Part shown: piece by piece, positions 43,898 to 56,156 of the stretch
How positions within the stretch are numbered: the stretch's first letter is position 1
Layout: each line of letters opens with the position of its first letter
Assembly (NCBI GenBank): GCA_048213135.1
Contig: PS015097.1
Span: forward strand, 134,679 to 198,678
Direction: 5' to 3'
Origin: Reclinomonas americana ATCC 50394
Taxonomy: Eukaryota
DNA length: 64,000 nt
Program-made: the position numbers and the translations under genes
The notes under the pieces: generated by a model
Told to the model about the DNA's origin: nothing
What the model saw: only the letters and a program-made list of their open reading frames with translations
The model's database searches: none

Positions 43898-46800
43898 TTA
43901 CAGAGAGAAGTGACGAGCGGCAACGGGCGACGAGAGGACAGGAAAGAGCATCAGCGACGAGTCGGCGTCGGCAGCACCACGCACAGTCGACGGTGGCGAC
44001 GAACAAGCAGCAGACGAGGAAGAAGAGGAGGAGAAGGAAGAAGAAGAAGTGGAGGAGGAATTCAGGGCGCTGTCGGCAGCAGGCGAGGATTCGGCGGGCG
44101 GCGGGCGGCGGCGGTCAGATAGATTGAATTTCGACGACCGCAACGGCGGGGTCAACACACGAGGACGACGACAAACCTCGACGGACTGCTGCTGCTGCTG
44201 CTGCTCTTCTCCTGCTGCCGGCATTGACATTTCGGCATCGCCTGTGATGTGTTGTGTCGACAGTGAGTGACACACGACCGGAACGGCGGTCGCGCTGTGG
44301 ACAACGTACCAGAGGTGCCGGCATCGCGACGCGCGCCGTCCGTGGGTGGAACGATGGTGGCAGTGGACGCAGCCTGCTTTTGGGGGGAAGGAGGTGAATG
44401 ACGAGAAATCAACACAACGTCTGCTGATGGACATGAAAGGTTACCTCGCCCGACGGAGCCTCCGGCAGAGGCTGCTTCACAAACTGATGCAGCAGGGGGA
44501 AGACCGGCATGCCGTCGACGGTGCCAAGTTGCTCTGCAATCGACACTGCTCCACCGGGTGGAAACTGTGGCGACGACTCAAGTGAGTCGCACGCGCAAGA
44601 TGAACCTCCTTCTGCATTCCACCACTCACCGGCAACTGCATGGCACCCTCGACCATACCGACGCCCTGCAGACGTGTGACTTGATGAGCTTTGTTTCTCT
44701 CTCTCTCTCTCTCTCTGCACACTCACCGACGAGAGGCGCAAGTAGTCGCCGAGCACGCGACGACTGAGGTAGTAGATGCGAGTGTCGAGCTCGATGCAGT
44801 TCTGCACCTGCCGGTACAGATCGGCCTCCAAGTCAAGGATCTTGGCCTCCAGCTGCGCAACACGCTCCTGTGCTGCTTCAGGCGCAGTGTTCACTGTCGC
44901 CGCCGCCGACGACGACGATGACGACGACGAGGCGACGACAGTTGCAGCTTGCTCGGACGCTGGTCCGGGGGCCACACTGGAGGCTGATGTCGGCATCAGC
45001 AAGGACGTCACTGAAAGCGTGCCCGGCAGGAGTGCGGCAGAGGCGGAGGACGAGGAGGACGACATGGTCACTGCTGGTGGCGGAGGCGGCGGCGGAGGCA
45101 GTGGTGGCGACGACGACACCGGCGGCACCGCCATGCCATTCATCGGTGTCGGCGGTAGCGGTGGTGGCGGAAGGACGCCAACCGGAGGAAAGGGAAACGA
45201 GGAGCCACCGGCAGAGTCCAGCAAGAAGGTGCTGCTCGCGGACGACGACTGCGATGCACCGGCGGCAGACATTTTCGAGTCGCCACTCAACGCACCCGAT
45301 GCCGCCGCTTTCAGCATTTCCGGTGGGATGCCGTGACCAAGACGCAGCGCCAGCGCAGCCTGCGCCGCCACTGCACACAGTATCCAGTGTGAATGCAAGA
45401 GACATTGACGGAAGGAAAGCGTGCGTGATCACACACACACACCTTTGCGATGCGGCTTGACTTTCAGCTTGCGCCTGTGTTTTCTCGTACTCAGTCACTC
45501 CGCTCACCAAACACTGCAAGAACAAAAAAAGGAGGGATACCGACTCACCGTCGCGCATTGGCAAACCAATTCTTGAGCTGGGCGGCATTGATGCCGGCCG
45601 CCTGCATGAGTTGCTCCTTTTCTGCGGCCGTGGGGTACGGGAACTCCTCATGTGCACGCAACCTGCCGCCACACGCACGTCAGTCCCGAGACGGAGAATG
45701 AGAAGAGAAGAGGAGCACGAACCACTCGACCAGCGGGCCTGACTCTTCTGGGGGCGGTCGTGGTGCGGCCTGGCCAGCGCACGAACCGGAGGTCTCCTTG
45801 GGGAATAAGGCGCGCAAGGTGCTGGGCGCCAGTGTCCCCGTGCTTGCGGCAGCCGCCGGCGGTGAGCCGTTGGCTCCTGTGGGTGAGTCGCCAGACAAGG
45901 ACGCTGCGGCGGTGGCGGTGGTCGTGGTGGCAGTGGCAGATGCCGCAGCTGCTGTGGCCTGCGATTCCCCACCATCGCGATTGGCGCGAGCATTGCTCGA
46001 CATTTGCTGCATGGTGAGTTCGCCCGCCCCCGACTCCTTCAGTCGGTGCAGTGCCGCGAGAACCGCCGGCAACTCGTTCGCCTTGAAGAGATTGGTTGGC
46101 ACAGTGCCGTCGGCCACAAATTTCGTCCACGTGACACTGCGCGCACAGTGTGTGTGAGAGGGAGGCAACGCAGCAACCACACAGTGGCAAACAAAGGAAC
46201 ACTGACCGCCACATGCGTTGGCGAGCATTGACAAGCCACACACGAATCTGCTTCTCGGTCCATCCTAACACAGTCCGCACGAGTCGGGTGAGACGATCTC
46301 GCCTTTGCAACAACACACAACACACAACAGACAACGGCACACCCGTGGCCTCCTCCAGTCGCTGACAGGCGTCGGCCCAGATGTACGGCCGCTCAAAGTT
46401 GTCAATAAACCACTGCCGTATGTGCTTCTGCACGGTCGCCGTCAGCAAACACGCACAGGATGAGAAAGAACGATCAACAAACAGACCACGGCAGCAGCCT
46501 CCGACACTGTCGACGACTCACTGTGACGAAAAGACAATGAGCGCACAGCTCGTATGCAAATCACAAGACACACACGCTCACGCACCGACGACGATCGCGA
46601 CGAGGGGCACTGCACAGCACAGATGGTGTTTGTATGAGAAAGCAATGTGTCAAACAACCAGTGATGCGCCACAACACATCACGAAACGTCGCTGCTGTTG
46701 CATCAGGCATTGAGCTGCTCATTCCCGACACCATCACCTCCACTGATGGAAGGATCGGAGGTGGGGGGAGGGGAGGCGGAGGTGCCAGAGAATCGCCTCC

Positions 46801-47133
46801 ATTCCTGCAATCGATTTGTTACCAATGACAACTGGTGATGTGCACTCTACTCACTCACCACTTGTCGCCTCCATCAGTGCCCTCGCCAGCAGCGGCCACC
46901 AGTGGAGGAAGATGAGGCGGAGGGGGAGGAGGAGGAGGCAGAGGAGGTGGAGGCGGGAGAGGCGACGACTCTGTGCGTTGTCGTTTGCGAGGTCGCTCGT
47001 CGTCGTCCTCCTCCTCCACAACATGCTCTTCCTCTGCAACTCCTTCTCCTTCTCCTCCTTCCTCTGTGTGTCGCTGTTGTTCCTCATCAGTCGCCTCCTT
47101 GTCGACCTCGTGTGCTCGTCGTCGACGCGGCAT
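43898..47133 (-). CDS. Transcription factor with two TALE-class homeodomains and a C-terminal coiled coil
   Basis: HD1 IRQWFIDNFERPYIWADACQRLEEATGWTEKQIRVWLVNARQRMW; HD2 LVEWLRAHEEFPYPTAAEKEQLMQAAGINAAQLKNWFANARRRKLK. Start and stop positions are approximate. Confidence 0.8.
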
Positions 47134-47413
47134 CTGTGTGCAAGTGTGTGTGCAGCGCACAGTCACATGAGACAAACAGAGAGCACACGCGCAAGAGAGA
47201 CAGAGAGTGCGGGCGAGAGGAGAGCATTGATGTGTGATGGGCACCGACGATCACCTGGCGAAGAGCGCGACGCTCACAAACACTTTCTTGCGCAAAAATA
47301 AAAGAAATTGGCGCGAAAACGCAACACAAACAAAACACGGACGCGACAGCTTTTCATTGCCTCCCTTCTTCCACGCCGGAAAAGCATCGCTGTTATTCTT
47401 TTCGTTTCGTTTT

Positions 47414-48551
47414 TTAGCGGCCTGTGCCAGTGGAGCTGCCGAACCCGAGCGCTCGTTGTGCTGATGAGGACGATGAGGTGACCGAGGCGGCGCTGCTGCT
47501 GGACGATGATCGACCGGTGGCGAGACCACCTGAGCCTCTCAGAGGTGGGCGATCACACGAAGCGAGTCAAGGAGAATAAACATGCACAGACAGAGATGGA
47601 TGTGCTGCAGCTGCGCCCGAAAAAGGATATATGAAGCTGCGGTTCCGGTGCGGCTGGCCATCGCCCCGGCGCCTCCACGTTTCTTCACCACGGGACTGTA
47701 CGCTTGTATGACCGACGCCGGCAACTCGCCGGTGAGCAGCGATGGATATCGTACGCCAAACGGGAACATGCCTGCGCACAGCAGCGACCTACTTGAGCAG
47801 CCGGTCGACATAAATAAAAGCACTGGAGGTGTGCAGACCTCCCGTCAACACCCACACATTGTCGATGCCCTTCTCGGCCATATTGTTGGCGACCTGCACC
47901 GCCACCTTCTCCTCGCCCTCGTACACCACAATGATTCTATCGGTGCGGTTCTTGAACTCGTAGATCTCCGCAATGTAGGGGTTCATCGAGCGCGCCAGCA
48001 TCGCCGACGGATACGACAACGCCCCCGTAATGTGACACTCGGCGTACTCGTCGGCCACACGCACATCCAGCACCAGCACATCGTCGCCCGAGCACGGCAG
48101 CTCGCCCGCATTGGTCACCATCGAGGCTGACGAGGCACCCGACGGTGATCGCGGGGTCTTTTCACTGACCACGCTCATCACTGACACGTGGTGTGAGAGG
48201 AGGACTGAGAGAGGGCATGTGTGTGTGTGAGTGGCGCACGTAACTCTCGTCGAAATCGAGGCCGTTCTTCTCACACAAGAGCTGAGCCAAATGACGCGGT
48301 TTGATCCGTCGAAAGAACTCGTCACGATGTGTTCGTGTGACTGTGCTCTCGACTGTCAGATACGCACGCGCACGCACACGCACACACAGACAAGACTGTG
48401 ACTCACAGGTGACATCGCCGTGCTTCTCCACAAACTTCCTCATGTTGGAGCCCGTGTCCACTGTCGGCTCCACATCCGCATATCGTGGATTGCGTGGTGC
48501 TGGCTTCAATGAGCCTGCGTCCTTGTCGCCAATCGGCCGCTTGATGCTCAT
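47414..48551 (-). CDS. CEP41: Centrosomal protein CEP41 (rhodanese-like domain)
   Basis: PRNPRYADVEPTVDTG; DEFFRRIK; LVLDVRVADEYAECHITGALSYPSAMLARSMNPY; FKNRTDRIIVVYE; EKGIDNVWVLTGG. Last exon is approximate. Confidence 0.88.
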
Positions 48552-48604
48552 CTCGCAAAAGACAACTGCGCGTGATATGTGATCGTCGTTGGTGAGGGAC
48601 AGTG

Positions 48605-48616
48605 GGTGACGTCACC
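48605..48616. promoter_or_regulatory. 12-bp palindrome GGTGACGTCACC (CRE/ATF-type) in the CEP41/RPS16 bidirectional promoter
   Basis: Perfect palindrome near the middle of the 109-nt gap between the divergent ATGs. Confidence 0.55.
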
Positions 48617-48660
48617 GCCTCGATCTGTCCCACACTTAACACACTCTCCACATCACGCGA

Positions 48661-50155
48661 ATGTCTGCTGCTGCCCCTCAGGCACCCCCCAAGAAGGCCG
48701 TTCAGGTGTTCGGCAAGAAGGTGCGTGCTGCCGAGGAGAAGGCGCACAGTGGCGTGGTGTTTGCACACTCCTGTTTTTGTGTGTGTGCGCGCGGCTTTCT
48801 CCTGTTGTGTTGTGTTGTGTGTGTTGTGGTGGCATGTGTGCGTGCGTCTGAGTGCGTGCGGATGTGTCTTGTATGTGTAATCCTCGTGCACGTGTGGGCG
48901 TGTGTGCGTGTGTGGTGGTGTGGCATGCACATGTGAATGGCCATGCCTCGTCTGCCCTCGCCCTCTCCCCCCCCCGTGTGCGCGTGGTTCTCTCTGCATG
49001 TGTCGCGCGTGCATGTGTGTGTGTTGAGAATGAGGTGGAGAGGTTGAGCGTACTTGAAGAGTGAGTGAGAGTGAATGAGTGAGTGTGCCATGACCCACCA
49101 TGCGCACTTCCTCTCTCCTTGTCTCTCTCTCTCCCTCTTTCTTCTCTTCTCGTCACTCCACACAACTTGGTGTGCTGGATGGTTCTCTCTCACGCTCTCT
49201 CTGTTTCCCTTGTTTCTCACTCTTTCGTTGTTTTGTGCGAGTGCAGAAGACAGCCGTGGCTGTGGCTCACACCAAGGAGGGCCGCGGCATTGTGCGCGTC
49301 AATGGCCGACCGGTGAACCTCGTCGAGCCGGAGGGCTTGCGCTACAAGGTAAATAACCTCGCGCATGCAAACCGCCATGATGGTAGTAGAGATGCTGAAT
49401 GTGCACAATGCAAACAGGTGTACGAGCCTCTGCTGTTGCTGAAGGTGGAGGACCCTGAGGGCGTCAAGTTCGGCCAGGTCGAGCACGTTGATGTGCGCGT
49501 GCGCGTCAACGGTGGTGGTAACACCTCGCGCATCTATGGTGAGTCGGGAAAAGAAGAGAAGAGAGCGAAGACCACGCGTTGATTGCTGACTCTTTTGTGT
49601 GTCGTGCAGCCGTGCGCCAGGCCATTGCCAAGAGCCTCGTCGCCTACTTTGGCAAGTGTTGCGTAACCATTCTATACCATGCTCACCACACGCACTTTTT
49701 CTTTTGGTGGAAGGGTATTGCAATGTCGGCGGTGGTGGTGGTGGTAGTAGAGACGCGCAATGATGGCAAGTTTGAGATCGGAGACCACAAGTCTATGTCG
49801 ATGAACTGAAAACCACGGCGATCATTCGTCGTGTCTGAGCCGCGACCACACTCTCTTTTTTTGCCTGCCCTTTCTCTTCCTCGGGAGTGTGTTTTCCGTG
49901 ATGTTCACTTGCGCGGTGTATTGCAGACGTCGATGAGCACACGAAGCGCGAGCTGAAGGCGCTGCTGGCCCGCTACGACCGATCGCTGCTGGTCACTGAT
50001 CCTCGCCGCACTGAGCCCAAGAAGTATGGTGGTCACGGCTCTCGCGCCCGGTCAGTCACTTTTCTCTTGGCACCTCGTGTTGTTTTCGTGTGTGTTTCTG
50101 ACCGGGTTGTGTGTGTGTGTGTGTGTTGCGCAGCAAGCAAAAGTCTTACCGTTAA
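48661..50155 (+). CDS. RPS16: 40S ribosomal protein S16 (uS9)
   Basis: [95 protein letters not shown]. Confidence 0.98.
49754..49844 (+). ncRNA. Candidate intronic box C/D snoRNA
   Basis: Lies in an unusually long RPS16 intron (49658-49926). It has a C-like ATGATGG at 49760, CTGA at 49835, an internal CGGA/CGATGA D'/C'-like pair and a short CGCG terminal stem, and is about 90 nt long. Confidence 0.5.
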
Positions 50156-50407
50156 GTACGCATGGAGGGAAGTGGAGGGACGAGTGGGCGAGTGCGGCAT
50201 TTCACGTGTCGTGTGTGGTCCGCGCGTCGCTCCTCGAACTCTGTGGTTGTCCTTGTCGGTGGCGGTTGCTGGTGGTGGTGGTGGTGGAAAGAGTGTTTCC
50301 TATTGCTATAAACGCAAAACCCAAAAAAGAAAACGCTGAGGCAGAGAGAGAGAGAATGATCAAAGGAGGCAAACGTCGCAGTATGTCCTTGTCAAATCAA
50401 AGAAGAA

Positions 50408-52246
50408 ATGGCTGTGCCGGGCGCACCACCAGTCAAGATCGCCTACCTTCATGGTTTCCTGTCGACGAGTTCATCCGTCAAGGGTGTTGCGCTGCAAGAG
50501 TACGCCAAGGCCAAGGTGTGTACATGCATTGACAGGGAAGAGCCCTGAAGGAGTCTCACGCGCGTGGCACGAGCAGTGGAAGATCGACATCAAGCTGATC
50601 GACTGGAACGTCAACCACCTCACCGTCTCCAACGTGATGGAGCACCTCGATCGACAACTGAGCGATTGGACCGCGGTGCGCACATGCACAAGAGAGAGAG
50701 AGAATGATTGATTGTCAGCGACTGATTGCATCTCGCGGCGCAGGAGTCTCCAGGCATTCTCGGAGGCTCCTCCATGGTACTCCTGCAGAAGCGTGTGCAT
50801 GCGTGTCTGTGGGTGCTCATTCGTTTTTTTTGGGTGGGGGGCGGGCAGGGTGGGTTCCTGGCCGCGCGATTTGCCGAGTTGTACCCGGAACGCGTGAGCC
50901 ACCTGCTGCTGCTGTGTCCGGCGTGTGACTTTCTGTCGCGTGTGGCCGGCTTTGTCGGTGGTGCGGAGCGCTTCTCCAAGTGGAAGCGCGATGGACAGCT
51001 GCGGATGTTTGCGGCGGATCCGACGGTCGATGTGGCGTCGGGTCCCTCGTATGTGGTGCCTTTTGATTTTGTGCTCGGTGAGGTGGAAGGGTGGCAGGGG
51101 GAAGGGAAGGGAGGTGGGGAGGGGAGGTGCCACAGGAGGCAGCAGGGAGGATGAGACCGATCGCAGAGTACGATGGTAGAGGAGAAGCAAGCGACAAGAG
51201 AGAGAAGGAGAAAGGTACTACGGCGAAGCAGTGTGCTGCTGATCAAGAAAATGCAGTGTGGCGAGGCACAACAAGTGCCACGATAGACAAAAGGAGCTTG
51301 AAGAGCAGGAGAGAATACGAATACAAGGACGATGTAGACGTGTAGCAAGAGATAGAAGGAGAGAAGAAGAGAACGCGCCCTTGCGATGCAGTGTGCTGAA
51401 AAAGAATGCAGTGTCGCGGCGGGGAGCTTGAGAATCGGAGGGCGAGCAGCAGAGAGCGATGGCAGGCGATTAGCAAGCGACAAGAGATGAGATAGACGGA
51501 GAGAAGGAGAGAGCGCACCCTTGCGATGCAGTGTGCTGAAAAAGAATGCAGTGTAGCGGCAGGGAGCTTGAGAATCGGAGGGCGAGCAGCAGAGTGCGAT
51601 GGGGAGACAAGGTGTTGGTTGCAGATGACTGAGCTAGCAAGCGACAAGAGGCAGAAAGAGAGAGCGTACAAAGGTGATCGCGATGCAGTGTGCTGAAAAT
51701 GAAATGCAGTGTGGCGGCAAGGAGTTTGAGGATCGGAGGTGCAATGAGAAGACGAGATGTTGGTTGCAGACGACTGAACTAGAGAAACGTGCAAAGGCGA
51801 AGCAGTGTGACTCTCCGAAAGAGAGGCAGTGTGGCGAAGCACAGCAAGCTACGAAAGGAGAGCTTGCAGAGCAGGAGAGAACACAGAGACGGAGCAGCGT
51901 AGACGACCGGTGACACAGAGAATCGTGACGAGAGTCTTCAACGCCACACGACGCCTTTAGCCTCGTGCCTCTCACCCCTCTCCTTCCCACTACCTTCGTT
52001 GCAGATCTGGAAGAGAACCACCCACGGTACCCGACACTACAGCCGCACATACCGACGCTGATCCTGCACGGCACCGACGACACGATCGTGCCACTGTCGC
52101 ACACTCACCAGCTCATGTCCATGTCGCCCGACTGCCCCGCGGAGCTGATCGAGGTCACTGATGATCACTACCTGCACGCCTCGGCCGCCGACACGCAGCT
52201 GCTGCTCGATCGCCTCATTGAGGACTATCTCGCACGATTGCAGTGA
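50408..52246 (+). CDS. YqiA/YcfP (UPF0227)-like alpha/beta-hydrolase (esterase)
   Basis: IAYLHGFLSTSSSVKG; nucleophile elbow LGGSSMGGFLA; LLLLCPA; PTLILHGTDDTIVP; DDHYL. Four GT-AG introns. Confidence 0.85.
51185..51860 (+). repeat. Degenerate tandem array (about 5 units of roughly 140-150 nt) inside a 927-nt intron
   Basis: Recurring core TTGCGATGCAGTGTGCTGAAAAAGAATGCAGTGT..GCGGC.GGGAGCTTGAGAATCGGAGG near 51381, 51521 and 51679, with more diverged copies near 51222 and 51797. Confidence 0.85.
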
Positions 52247-52343
52247 ACTTCGATCGATCGCTCCGTCCGAGTCGTGTTTGTGTCAGGAGTGTAACAGAGA
52301 GAGCGTGTGTGTGGGCGGCTGCAGTGCGTGTCTGTGATCGCAG

Positions 52344-52474
52344 ATGCCGTGCGACTCATCGCCACCAGTGGGTCCACTCATTGTCGAATCACAAGTGGCA
52401 GCATGTGTCTACTCGGCCGTGTTTGTCACAGGATGTGCGTCACTCCTCCCCTCCTCTCCTCCTCTCTCTCTCTC

Positions 52475-52507
<33 letters not shown>

Positions 52508-53951
52508 GCGTCTAATCTCCGCATCTGCGAATCGGCGCATTGATTGATTGTTGTTTGTTGTGGTGTATTGCAGTGAGCTTTTTGGTGTGGCATCTCAGCC
52601 TCCCTGTGCCCTTCTCCTCCGCGGAGACACACACTGGTGGCCGATCACCAGCAGCCTCGGCGGCAAGAGCCACTGCATACGGATTTGGTGAGTGTCTCTC
52701 TCTCGCACTCTTGCCCTCCCTCACTGTCTCTCACGATGCACCGACACACAGTGGCGCTGTTTGGCGGCTTCCGCTCGGCAGACGAGTGGATGCACGCGTT
52801 CTCCATCCACAGACCAGAGAGTGGCTACTCCAACGCCTTCTTTGTGCTGCCGATTGCCTTTCTCTTCACGGTGTTCTCGATGGTGTTGCACTCGTGGGCC
52901 GGTCTGTCACGGCGTGCCGAGTCGCGCTTCCTGCAAGACACGACGAATGTGGATCGCGTGGCCACCTCCACGCGTATCCTGCTCTGGTTCAACCTGTGTG
53001 TGTACACGGTCACACTGTTCTCGTTGGTGGCGTACCCGGTGCTGGAGGATTTCGACGCCGAGGATTACATGTCGGGCGTCAACAATATTCTGCTGGCGTT
53101 CCTCTACCTGGCGCTGTTCGCGCTGCAGATTGCCATCGGGTATCAGGCGTCCACGCGGTTGCGGGCAAACATGCTCATCAGTCAGTCGGTGGCCTTTCGT
53201 CGCATGTTTTGGAAGGTGCGGGAAGGAGAGGGAAGGGAGAGAGAGAGAGAGAGAGAAGAGGGGAGAAAGAGCGCCTTCTCGCCCTTTAAGCGTTGTCCCC
53301 ATGAGTCGCTCAACAACAACAAAACCATGCACAGATGACGTGGGTGGCGGTGGTGTCGGGCATCTGCTTCGCCACGTTTGCCGTGTTCCTGTTGTGGGAG
53401 GGCCTCTTCCTGGTCATTCACGGCTACTTTATGTACTGCATCGGTGACCAGTTCACGCAGATTGCACCGATCAAGTACCTCTACGTGAGTCTCTCGCTGC
53501 TGTCTTCTCCTTCTTGTGCCACCCTCTCACTCTCCTTCTCCGACTGCGGGGGGAATTGCAGCTGGTGTTGACGGCGGCGCCTATCATCGCCGTGCTGCTG
53601 GCGTATCCGCCGCGGTGCGAGTGCTGTTGTGGCACGCACACAAGCGGCTCGGTGGATATCGAAGCCGACGAGCAGCGCAAGGTGCTGACAAACTTTGTGC
53701 CGCCGTATCCGGCGGTCGAAGGCAACGGCTCAATCTCCGGTTCACTGCCGTCAACTCCACTGTCGTATGACGCCGGTGGAGGCGCAGCGTTTCCGCTGCC
53801 TCCCGGCGGCACGCCGAATTCGGCCAGAGGAAACAGCAGCAGAAATGCCCGCGGCCCGTCACATGCACCATGGGCGGCAGCGACAGCCGATGACATGCTG
53901 CCGGCGGTGCCGACAACGAGGGTGTATCATCGGCCGGGAGGGGTGGGATGA
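52344..53951 (+). CDS. Multi-pass membrane protein, THH1/TOM1/GPR137-like
   Basis: About seven hydrophobic helices. FFVLPIAFLFTVFSMVLHSWAGL resembles the family LP..LFFT..S..V..W motif. Pro/Gly-rich cytosolic tail. Confidence 0.6.
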
Positions 53952-54076
53952 GCGCGCTTGTGTAAAATCTGTTTTGGATTTGTTTCGTGGTCGATGCGAA
54001 TGAGATGTATGATGCATGCAGACACAGCGAGAAAGAGAAAAGCAGGGCGTGCGTGTGGCAGTGATGGAGCTCCAGC

Positions 54077-54512
54077 TCAAAGCTGGAGGTGGGCTTCGAA
54101 ACCGCGCGGCAGCAGGTCGAACGTCAGGATGTGACAGCGGATGAGGCGTCCTTGATCCTCCAGGGAGAACTTGCGAAAGCCTGGGGAAAGAGCCGCCAGT
54201 TTGGCGTCCACTGTGGATGACCAGCACAGCGTACGTCAGAAACGCACTCACAAAAGCACTCGCACATGCGGACGCGGCGCACACCTTCCCTCCAAACGGC
54301 ATTTACACGCCGCTGTACAGGAGGAGTGTGAGTGTTGGGCGGGGAGGGAGGGGGAGGAAAGACACAGACACACCGTCATCGACGACGAACATGACCCCAT
54401 GGAGCACTCGGCGGCGCACAAGTTGACAAACGAAGAATTCTCGGCGTGGTACGAATTCGAATCAGCTGGTTGGGAACCTCGAGCTTGGCCAGATCTAGAG
54501 ACAACAACATGT

Positions 54513-54564
<52 letters not shown>

Positions 54565-54739
54565 CTTTACTAATCCAAACAGTAACACAGCTGCATAATG
54601 ATCACCATCTTGAGTGAGCACCAGAAACTGAGACATCGCGGAAACAAGTCGATATGCCGCCTGATGCAGGCAGGGAGAACGACAACAACAACAACAACTT
54701 TACTAATCCAAACAGCAGCAGCTGCATGATGATCACCAT
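54077..54739 (-). CDS. Possible small multi-exon uncharacterised gene
   Basis: Five candidate exons join in phase: MVIIMQLLLFGLVKRHIDLFPRSDSNSYHAENSSFVNLCAAEC...RRVNAVWREVDAKLAALSPGFRKFSLEDQGRLIRCHILTFDLLPRGFEAHLQL*. Confidence 0.3.
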
Positions 54740-54745
54740 CTTGAG
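54564..54745 (+). repeat. Direct duplication of about 50 nt, each copy preceded by a (CAA)n run
   Basis: ACTTTACTAATCCAAACAG..CAGCTGCAT.ATGATCACCATCTTGAG at 54564-54614 and 54697-54745. Confidence 0.9.
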
Positions 54746-54913
54746 AAATATATAATAGGGAATTCAAACTTTTCACTGATTGAACAACGCCGTGTTAACG
54801 TCTTGACGTCAGCCACTCGGTGATCGCCAGCTCCATACATGTATATGTTTACGCATTGCGGCGGCCGGCCAATAGAAGCACCGGCAGCAGTGACCCAGCA
54901 CGTGACGTCCACA

Positions 54914-56156
54914 CTACTCCTCTGCCGCTGGATGGATGTGATCCATTAGCTGTCCGAAGTGCACAGCAATCTGCGAGGCAATGCCCATCCACCCAGCAAT
55001 CTGGTCGAGATGTTGCTGCTCCAGTGCCGCCGGCAGTGGCACCAGCTCAAACCACTGTTCGCGATCGGATGAGAAGAAACATGACATACCGCGACCAGTA
55101 ATTGCAATATCCTAAATGAAGTTCCTCTGTAAAGATGTGCAACAACAACAAACACTCATGCGTACACGATGTAGTGCTTGAAGCTCTCTTCTTGTGTGCC
55201 TCCAATACCAACAGTGCTTGTATACGCGGCATGCACGCACCGTTCGTTCACGCCACATGTTCTTCTTTTTGTGACTCACAACCATAAATTTGTGGGCCGG
55301 CACAAACTCGCCGACAGACATGGAGTTAACCATGTCGAATCGATCGTCGCGACGGGCATTGCGCTCCACAAAGCAGTATAGGAAGTGAAACTGGCCGGCA
55401 CCATCAGCGAACTGTGTAACACGCAGCGTGATCAGCTTTTTTTGTTCACGCGGGCGGGAGCGAACACGCAGCGTGTAATACGTGTAAAGCATGTGTGGTA
55501 GCTAGAAGATAAACATAAATCTAAAGCACTGTTGCAACGCGTGTGGAATTGTACGTATGGCAGTCTTCACCTGGATAGCGAATGACACAATCATGTCCTC
55601 GTCGCCATCATCTTCCACTGTCGCACGCATGCGTTGCAAAGCTGCGCGGACAAACTCGATCTCCACGCATGGAGCGACTCTCTGCAGTAATTAAGAATGC
55701 GTGCACGAGACACACAGGCGCAGCACGCGGTCAGCCCAAGCAGCAGCAGCACTTGCACCACATATGCAGATATACACAGACCGTGAGCATGGGAAACATC
55801 TCTTCGGCATCAGCCAGCCGTTGCAGCAACAGTTGTCTCGAAATCCCCTTGCTCCGCTGCGCTTCGGCAAACATGCCCAGCCGAGCAAAGCCACCAGTGT
55901 CGATCAGCTCAGGCTATATGCGCGCATGTACAGTCATACATGCAGCAAATGCATGCGCAGTTAGTCATTCTCGCAATCAATCGTAGACCTGCGCATGCGC
56001 AGTGCATGCACACACGCACACACACAGTGCACGCACCGAGAGTGAAGTGGAACTCTCGGAATAGATGAGTTCTTTGAGTTTGGATACATCCATGGAGCTG
56101 ACCTGGCCCACCAGCGCTGCAGTGGCTGCCTCAATGATCTGCGTTGCAAGTGCCAT
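54914..56156 (-). CDS. Uncharacterised protein of about 250 aa (5 exons)
   Basis: Exons 56156-56037, 55913-55782, 55681-55571, 55501-55241 and 55054-54914, all phase 0 with GT-AG, give MALATQIIEAATAALVGQVSS...KFMVVSHKKKNMWRERTWFELVPLPAALEQQHLDQIAGWMG...HPAAEE*. Confidence 0.7.

Noticed and set aside
45475-45548. Non-canonical GAG acceptor or premature stop after homeodomain 2
   Set aside because: A canonical CAG acceptor at about 45475 gives WFANARRRKLK and keeps frame with the next exon.
51185-51860. CRISPR-like repeat-spacer array
   Set aside because: Units are long and degenerate, the inter-repeat parts are related to each other, the context is a eukaryotic intron, and there are no cas genes.
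55989-56002. 14-bp palindrome CTGCGCATGCGCAG (NRF1-like)
   Set aside because: It falls inside a predicted intron rich in TGCA/GCAT repeats, where such palindromes arise easily.
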